64,000 nt of DNA from Ascoidea asiatica JCM 7603 (lineage: Eukaryota; Fungi; Ascomycota): assembly GCA_001600695.1 (NCBI GenBank), contig BCKQ01000003.1, positions 1,639,547 through 1,703,546 on the forward strand. Reading direction: 5' to 3'. Positions within the stretch are counted from its first letter, which is position 1. Each line of letters begins with the position of its first letter. Below, piece after piece: positions 56,528 through 64,000 of this stretch. The notes under the pieces were generated by a model. The model did not search any database. It had not been told where the DNA came from and saw only the letters and a list, made by a program, of their open reading frames with translations. Both the position numbers and the translations under genes were made by a program.

Positions 56528-58797
56528 TTTTCATAAAAAAAAAAAATAAAAAAGATTCAATAAAGTAATATTGTTAAATAATACTTCTAAATAAATTACA
56601 CTTATTATTTTATTTAATAAGAATGGAAATGATAAAATAAATGATAAAGTAAGTATTGAATGGAATGGGTAAATTGAAAATATTCTTTTGATAATAAAGT
56701 AATGATGAATAAAAAAGTAATGATGAATAAAAAAGTATACAGTAATGAAGAATTTAATAATGAATAGTAATAAGTTATCTGATTGAATGTTGATTATGTG
56801 ATAAATATTGTTAAAATCTTAGTATTTTTGTAAAAAAGGTAATTAAATTTCAGAAATTGAGTTATTTTGTATTCGTAGTTAAAAATTTATGGTATTGAAA
56901 GTACTGCAATATTTGATAAGATATGTTTTTAATAGTTGATAGAAATTTGAATATTTTTTAAATAATAATAATAATGATCTTAATTAAAAAAAATATGATT
57001 TTAATAAATAAAAAAGAAGCAGCAAATATTTGAAGATTGAAAGAATGAAATAAAAGAGAGAATGAAAACAAGAATGAAAACAAGAATCTTGGAATTGAAT
57101 TACTATTTCTTTATTTTGAAATAAAAAAAAAAACAGAATGATTGAAACTTTTATTGAACAATTGAAAATTGGTTGACAATATTTTTGAGAGGTAGATTAT
57201 TGTATTGTATTGTATTGGAGTATATTATTATTATTGAAGGAGAATGAGAAATGAATAAAACTTGATAACTTAATAATGAAAATGTTCGAATGAAATAATT
57301 ATTGAATACAAGAAAATAATGAATAATTTGTGAAATTTAACAAGCATTAAAGAAAGTTACTAAGTATTCATAAATAAAATTATAAAAGGGGAATATTTAA
57401 TAGTTAAACGTTATTGGTAAAATATATAATTTTATTGTAATTTTGAAGATTGAGTTAGGAATTTGAATAAAATTTTAAAGAAAAGAAGAAGAATTTGGTA
57501 ACATTTAAAGTAAAAGTTAACTAAACACAGTGTTACATATTCAAGTCAAAAAACTTTATTTATTTTAGCGTAAATAAAGATCAACAATTCCAAGATCAAA
57601 AAAGTGAAAAAGGTGTATTGGGACTGTATTTGGAATAATCGTAGTGTATTACGAGTGTATGTTGGTGTGCTTGCAGAGCTTCAAGTGCTTATTCTGCTCA
57701 GATAATCATTTAAAGAAAGATGATGATAACCAGAAACGTTACTGTACTACGGTAAGCCTCCACGAATTACAAATTACTTTCTTAATACTGGACTAAGTTG
57801 ATTCAACTGAATGTAATTCAGTTATGCTTTGATAAAAGTGATGAAATCTGTGAAATAGCAAAAGAAGGTAGCTGTATTTTGTAATTGAAGTTACTAGAAT
57901 CTGGAATATACAGTAATAGGTGGTTGTAATTTTTCATTCTGGTGGTGTAGTTAGTTGTAATCGTGGTTGTGGTAGATAGGAAAGATCAGAGTAATTTACT
58001 ACAGTCCAATAATACAACTAAGAAAAGAGTAAAACATTTTCTATTTCGAGGGTGATAAAACTATTGGTTTCTAGGAGAATAAATGCAACTTTGTTACTTT
58101 CATTTGTTATTTTTTTTGCAGAAGATTTTACTGGATTGTTTTTTTTTCTTTGTTGATGGTGAAAAGAAAAATATATTAAGATACTGCGGTTATTTCCAGA
58201 GACTTTAAAGTTACTTTCTTTTCTTGTCTGAGAAATTTCAATGTGAAAAAGTTCAATAAAGTTCTAACGGAAATTGATCGACGAATGAAAATGGTTTATA
58301 GCAATGCTAGGACGGTATTCAAAATAAACAGGGACACAGGGGAACCCAAACTCGAAAATATTCCTGTCCTCGTTGCTAGGACATTTTCCCGGTGACGTGA
58401 TTTTCAAAACAACAGTATGCGCAAAAGTAGCGCAGAATGTGCCTACGCAGATCTGGAAAGGCTGGAGGTGTGGCTTGGTATGATGCACTGTTCCTGCTGA
58501 CACAAAAATCGCATGCTGAAATATGCATTTAAATAACACATATAAATGCATTACATTAGGTCGCGTACGACTTTCATATACTGCGATATGCATTACTACC
58601 GGTAATCTGGACCCTGGTGTTTGTCACTGCAAAAAAATATCGGCTATAACCATAATAAACAATAATCCATTACTTCTTGATTAGAGATTAATTTTTTAAT
58701 AATTATGAAGAAATTACATTTTAATATTCTAAATAAATTTGTTAAAATTATTGAATTCTATAATATTTTCAACAAATAAAATCTTGATAATCTTTAT

Positions 58798-61164
58798 TCA
58801 GTCTCTTTTACCATCTTCTATTTTATTTGGAATTATATAATTCTCATTTCTGAAATATTTTAGTCCAGAAGCATATTCTTCTTTTCTAATAAATTCCAAA
58901 TCTTTCAATTTTGGCCAATCAACATATTGCATTCCATTTGTTATAATAAAATAACTTGAATATATAATTCCAAGTAAAAGAATTAATAAAGCAATAAAAT
59001 TATTACTATTACCATAACTGTAACTAAAACCATATCCATAACCAAAATTATCACCATTACTTTCGCTTTTAATTTCACCATCATTATTGATATCTAATAT
59101 TTCTTCTCCTTTTGGAAATAAAATTATACAAAAAAATAATGTAATTGAAGAAATTAAAATATATGGTAACATTTGAATCTTTAAAGATCTTTCATCAACT
59201 TTGATTTCTTTTAATTTTAAAAACTCATATGGTTTAACTTCTCCTAAAATCAAATCAAATGAATCTTGTCTAAATCCATCATAAAAGTTATTTAAAATAT
59301 ATCTTTTAATTGAATTTATTAAATCTAATATCATTCCATTTATAGTTCTTTTACCTAATTTTGTAAAATCTGTTTTTAATGCATTTGTACCTGAATAACT
59401 TTTACTTATAAAATCTCCATTATTACTCCAAATTTCTTTAAATTCTATACTTAATTCATTATATAGTTGTTCCCATGATATTGTATCTGGGGATATAAAA
59501 TTTGAATATTCAAATTGCTTTTGTAAAATATATCTTCCAACAGATGATTGAAAAACATTAGTTCTATCAAGACAGTCCATACAATTACTTCTTATTATTA
59601 CTTCTTGTTTTAGTTTTATATTTCGATTTCTATTCATATTTTTTGTCTTTTCAATTTCCTTTTCATTTTCGTTATACTCTTTATTGTCATTTTTATTGTC
59701 ATTTTTTATTTCATTATTCCTTTGATTGTTCATTTTATTTTTAATTCCGTCATCAATTTTTTCCTTTTCTAAATCATAATCATCCTTATCATCATCGTAA
59801 TCGTCATAATCATCAAAAGCATGGTTAGAATTATACTCCTGATTAAAAAAATCAAATTTTGTTAATGCTTTTTCTTTAATTAATTGCTTAATTAAAATAT
59901 TAATATTCTCAAATTTTAAATTTTTACAATGAGAATGAAAATCAAAATAAATATATCTTAAATTTTTTTCAGTAAATTCATTAGATCCATCATTTAAAAT
60001 ATTTTCAATTAATTTTTCAAAATTATTTTTAACTGGTAATTCATGACCCTTTGAATTGACTAAATTGATTAAAAATATTTTTTTTAAATCATTTTTTTTA
60101 AAGATTTTATTAAAATGTAGTTTAGATGAAATTAATGAGGAATATTCTTTTAGTGAAGAGTTTATTAAACATAATTTAGGTTTGTATTTCAAATCATTAA
60201 TTTCTGCCCAATATAAAGGTATTGAACCTCTAATTTGTAAATATGAAGAAATATTAAATATTTGATTAACATTATTATCAAGGTTATTATTATTACTATT
60301 ACTATTGTTGTTATTATTATTATTATTAAGAATTCTAGTTAAATGATGATTTGAATAGGATATTAATAATTGTTCAGTTTCATTAAAATTTGCTACATTA
60401 CCTTTAAAATCAATACCTCTTTTAAAATATCTTGTACCAGCTCTATAAATAGATCTTCTTGAAATTAAGGCAAAATTAAATTTAATATTATTATTCTCAT
60501 TTAAAGAATGAATATTTGATATACCAATATAACCATTTATTACCGGTATTATAAAATTTATAATATTTTTATTATAATTTAGTCTTTCAATGTCTTCATT
60601 ATCATTACTCTTCTCATTATTAAGATTATGATAAATTGAATTTTTACAGAATTGAGTTAATAAAAAATTATTCCAAAAGAAAGATTGATTAAAATTTTTA
60701 TAATCTAAAATTGAAGAAATTTTTTTCTTCTTTGAATTTGATTTGGATTGAAAAGAATTAGTTAAATCTAAAGTTAAAGAATAATAATAATTCTGAGAAT
60801 TTAATTGGTTTTTTAATAATTGTAAATAATATCTTTCATCATTATCATTCAATAGATTGAAATTTGAATAAATCGGTAAAATTAAAAATTCTTTGATATT
60901 ATAAATTGAATGATTTGCAATATTACCAATTTTTTTTGAAGATTGAATTATTATAATATAAGTATGAATTTTTAATCTAATTATACCAAAGATTCCAATG
61001 ATATTCTTAATTGGTGAAGTTTTTGAAATTTTGAAGTTTTCTTCGGGATTGATTGGTAAATATTCAAGTGAGGATAAAAAAATTCCAGTTGAATCAATTT
61101 GTAATATTTTTCCATCTATATGATTCTGAAAATAATAAATTCCATCCTTTTCAATATAACGCAT
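58798..61164 (-). CDS. SAC1: Phosphoinositide (PI4P) phosphatase Sac1
   Basis: ISRRSIYRAGTRYFKRGID, VANFNETEQ, QIRGSIPLYW, YFDFH, catalytic RSNCMDCLDRTNVFQ, YSGTNALKTDFT, two C-terminal TMs and a KRD end. Confidence 0.95.
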   Translation of the reverse strand: MRYIEKDGIYYFQNHIDGKILQIDSTGIFLSSLEYLPINPEENFKISKTSPIKNIIGIFGIIRLKIHTYIIIIQSSKKIGNIANHSIYNIKEFLILPIYSNFNLLNDNDERYYLQLLKNQLNSQNYYYSLTLDLTNSFQSKSNSKKKKISSILDYKNFNQSFFWNNFLLTQFCKNSIYHNLNNEKSNDNEDIERLNYNKNIINFIIPVINGYIGISNIHSLNENNNIKFNFALISRRSIYRAGTRYFKRGIDFKGNVANFNETEQLLISYSNHHLTRILNNNNNNNNSNSNNNNLDNNVNQIFNISSYLQIRGSIPLYWAEINDLKYKPKLCLINSSLKEYSSLISSKLHFNKIFKKNDLKKIFLINLVNSKGHELPVKNNFEKLIENILNDGSNEFTEKNLRYIYFDFHSHCKNLKFENINILIKQLIKEKALTKFDFFNQEYNSNHAFDDYDDYDDDKDDYDLEKEKIDDGIKNKMNNQRNNEIKNDNKNDNKEYNENEKEIEKTKNMNRNRNIKLKQEVIIRSNCMDCLDRTNVFQSSVGRYILQKQFEYSNFISPDTISWEQLYNELSIEFKEIWSNNGDFISKSYSGTNALKTDFTKLGKRTINGMILDLINSIKRYILNNFYDGFRQDSFDLILGEVKPYEFLKLKEIKVDERSLKIQMLPYILISSITLFFCIILFPKGEEILDINNDGEIKSESNGDNFGYGYGFSYSYGNSNNFIALLILLLGIIYSSYFIITNGMQYVDWPKLKDLEFIRKEEYASGLKYFRNENYIIPNKIEDGKRD

Positions 61165-61878
61165 TTTTTTAAAATTTTTTTTCTTTTTTTTTTAACTTTA
61201 GATATTAATTTTATTATTATTGTTATTACCTATGATTTCAAATATTTGTGAGAAAAGTTCCATAATTTTTTTTTTTTATCAATTTGATTGTTTAAATATT
61301 AAACCGAATAATAAGCCAATGAGAGAAAAATAACTTTCAATAGAGAATTTCAATAATCAATTATTGAGATTATATTAAAAATGAAAATAATGAATAAAGC
61401 AATGAGTTGAACTACTTTGATTGATATTGTTGTTTTGGTATATCATCATGTAGTTGGGTGATATAAAATATATTTATTTCTACAAAACCTCATAATCTGA
61501 TAAAATACCTTTAATATGTTTTTTCTATGATTACGTAAATAGTAGTTGTGTTCGTAGTAATTTAGCAGTTCGCGCATCCGTACCGTTGTCAACAACTTCT
61601 CGCCGTTGCTGAGTTCAAGAGTATAATCAAGCCACCCCTTAAAAGTAAAGCCACTCACGCCACATACTTTAATGGATTAAAAAGCAAAAAGAAATCCGCA
61701 AAATTTAGCGGTATGGAAATGAAATTATAAAATAATCTACCAACCATGCAACGGAAAAAAATGATAAACCACAACAGCACATGTTGCGTGCTTTTTACCA
61801 GTAGTGAGTGCACTTTTGCGCTCAGCTTATTTTGCAGAAATCTCGAAATCTCGACTTTTGCTTAAAATGACTGCTTTC

Positions 61879-61886
61879 TGACTCAT
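61879..61886 (+). promoter_or_regulatory. Gcn4/Bas1-type site upstream of HIS4
   Basis: TGACTCAT about 210 bp upstream of the HIS4 ATG, with a second TGACTG at 61868. Confidence 0.6.
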
Positions 61887-62091
61887 CTTCGGGGGTTTTC
61901 AGATTTTCAGAAGGGAATATTAAGAATATGGCTAAATCATCTAACGTTTATTACTGGCGAATGAGGTTGAATACTTAAAATATAGTACTGTGTATTTTTT
62001 ATTTTGATTTGATATAAAAGAAACTATTATTTTCAGATTTTGACAATATATTTCAAAGAAAATAACTTAAAATACTTTAAATTATTTCACA

Positions 62092-64000
62092 ATGTTTTTA
62101 TTACCTGCTATTTCTACTCCTGAAGATATTGGTCTTTCCCAAGAATACTCAGTTATTGGTTCATCTTTATTAAGGTTAACTGATGCAACTTTCACTAAAG
62201 AAACTATCAGTTTAATTAAATCAAATTCTTTGAGTGTTGAATCAACTTCAGATATTTTCGTTGATTTATCTGAAATAAGTCTTATCAATGATATAAACAA
62301 TATCATTGATATACTAAATAATGGTGTCTTAAAAATAATTGTAAATGAATATGTTTTCAAATATATAAATTCAAATAATTTAATTGTTCCAAATGAAAGA
62401 ATTATTTATAAGGTTAATGATTCATTTGACATTCCTTCTACTGAATTGCAATATATTTCTATTAATTATGACCAATACTTATCAAGTGATATCCCAAGAT
62501 CTATAGCATCCGATAAATCAGTCTTCATTGATTTTGGTAATTCGTCAACCTTAACTTTTGATAAAATCATTGCTTTAACAAAAAAAAATTTCATTCCAAT
62601 AATTTTATCTTCACAATTAACATTTGAAGACTCTGAATCCAAAATTTCAATTCCAGACATATTATTATCTAAATTAGCTTCTGATAGATCTGATAAATTA
62701 TATCCAACTGTTGTAACAGATATTTATGATAATGCTTTAGGATTATGTTATTCTTCTGATCTTTCAATCAAACAAGCTTTAATTCAAAAAAAAGGTATTT
62801 ATTTTTCAAGAAAACATGGTTTATGGGTAAAAGGTTTAACATCTGGCTCAACTCAAAAACTAGTTAATGTTAAAGTAGATTGTGATAATGATACTTTATG
62901 TTTTGTCGTTATTCAAGAAGGTTCTGGATTTTGTCATTTAAATACTTTTACCTGTTTTGGTGATTTAAAAGGTCTTTCACGTTTAGAAAAAACTTTATAT
63001 CAAAGAAAAAATTCAGCCCCTGTTGGTTCTTATACTTCTAGATTATTTAATGATGATTCTTTATTAAATGCAAAAATCTTAGAAGAAGCAGAAGAATTAA
63101 CAACTGCTAAATCAAAAGAAGAAATTGCATGGGAATGTGCTGATTTATTTTATTTTGCTATGGCTAAATTAGCTAAAAATGATTTAACCATAAAAGATGT
63201 AGAAAAAAATCTTGATATGAAACATTTGAAGATTTCTAGAAGAAAAGGAGATGCTAAACCAAAATTTATTGAACAACAAACTAAAAATGAAAATAAAAGT
63301 CAATCATCAGCAAATTCTGTTGAAGAAAACACAAATGAAACAGGTAAATTTAAACTACAGGTAATTGACTCCTCTATATTATCAGAAGCAGAAATTATTC
63401 AAAAAATTGCAAGACCTGTTCAATCAACTGCAAATATTATGAAATTAGTTAATCCTATAGTTGAAAATGTTAAAAATAATGGTGATAAAGCTTTACTTGA
63501 ATTAACTGAAAAATTTGATAAAGTTAAACTAGAATCTCCAATATTAAGTGCTCCATTCCCTCCAGAACTTTATAAATTGCCTAAAAAGATTCAAGATGCT
63601 TTAGATTTATCTATTGAAAATGTATTTAAATTTCATAAAGCACAAATGGACAATATTAAACCATTAACTATTGAAACTTCTAAAGGTGTTAAATGCTCTC
63701 GTTTTTCTAGACCAATTGAAAATGTTGGTCTCTATATCCCTGGTGGAACTGCCGTATTACCATCAACTGCTTTAATGTTGGGTGTTCCAGCAAATGTAGC
63801 TGGTTGTTCAAATATAATTCTTGCTTCTCCCCCAAGAAAAGATGGAACATTAACTCCAGAGGTTGTTTATGTGGCTCATAAAGTAGGTGCAAAGGCTATT
63901 GTTCTAGCTGGCGGTGCACAAGCTGTAGCTGCTCTAGCTTATGGAACTGAATCCATTCCAAAATGTGACAAAATTCTTGGTCCTGGTAATCAGTTTGTCA
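62092..64000 (+). CDS. HIS4: Trifunctional histidine biosynthesis protein (PR-AMP cyclohydrolase / PR-ATP pyrophosphatase / histidinol dehydrogenase), runs off the window end
   Basis: Translated by hand from the ATG at 62092 (MFLLPAI): FSRKHGLWVKGLTSGSTQ, VDCDNDTL, GFCHL, GSYTSRLF, EEAEEL, VGLYIPGGTAVLPSTALMLGVPA, DKILGPGNQFV. It is absent from the ORF track, presumably because it has no stop within the window. Confidence 0.96.
   Translation, partial: MFLLPAISTPEDIGLSQEYSVIGSSLLRLTDATFTKETISLIKSNSLSVESTSDIFVDLSEISLINDINNIIDILNNGVLKIIVNEYVFKYINSNNLIVPNERIIYKVNDSFDIPSTELQYISINYDQYLSSDIPRSIASDKSVFIDFGNSSTLTFDKIIALTKKNFIPIILSSQLTFEDSESKISIPDILLSKLASDRSDKLYPTVVTDIYDNALGLCYSSDLSIKQALIQKKGIYFSRKHGLWVKGLTSGSTQKLVNVKVDCDNDTLCFVVIQEGSGFCHLNTFTCFGDLKGLSRLEKTLYQRKNSAPVGSYTSRLFNDDSLLNAKILEEAEELTTAKSKEEIAWECADLFYFAMAKLAKNDLTIKDVEKNLDMKHLKISRRKGDAKPKFIEQQTKNENKSQSSANSVEENTNETGKFKLQVIDSSILSEAEIIQKIARPVQSTANIMKLVNPIVENVKNNGDKALLELTEKFDKVKLESPILSAPFPPELYKLPKKIQDALDLSIENVFKFHKAQMDNIKPLTIETSKGVKCSRFSRPIENVGLYIPGGTAVLPSTALMLGVPANVAGCSNIILASPPRKDGTLTPEVVYVAHKVGAKAIVLAGGAQAVAALAYGTESIPKCDKILGPGNQFV

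Overview
Eukaryotic, very AT-rich, apparently intron-free budding-yeast (Saccharomycotina) DNA. Its proteins carry many poly-Asn/Ser insertions, which resembles Ascoidea-like genomes (inference only). Recognisable genes are RBG1, MDM31/32, NSR1 (no GAR tail), SLM3/MTU1, an ART10-like arrestin, EPS1, BET1, ARO8, BNA2, an RME1-like zinc-finger factor, a carnosine N-methyltransferase, RRD1, SAC1 and the 5' part of HIS4, which the ORF track misses. There are also two orphan ORFs, one split by a single in-frame TAA. The main candidate novel system is four minus-strand paralogues (1877-4114, 37851-39725, 41913-44441, 54593-56527). Each fuses a roughly 425-600 aa low-complexity N-terminus to a C-terminal glutathione-peroxidase fold that has lost both catalytic cysteines. 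All four share derived residues (H[FL], FPxDQF), and three share a new Cys, a short N-terminal motif and an upstream AACGTTACT element, consistent with a co-regulated pseudo-peroxidase family. Other notable items are a six-unit array of AGACC-N8/9-GGTCT palindromes at an exact 28-bp period, a head-to-head ARO8/BNA2 pair with four Aft-type iron boxes, and a triple MCB cluster. No tRNA, rRNA, CRISPR or intact transposon was recognised. All calls come from reading the sequence and from remembered family motifs; no searches were run.
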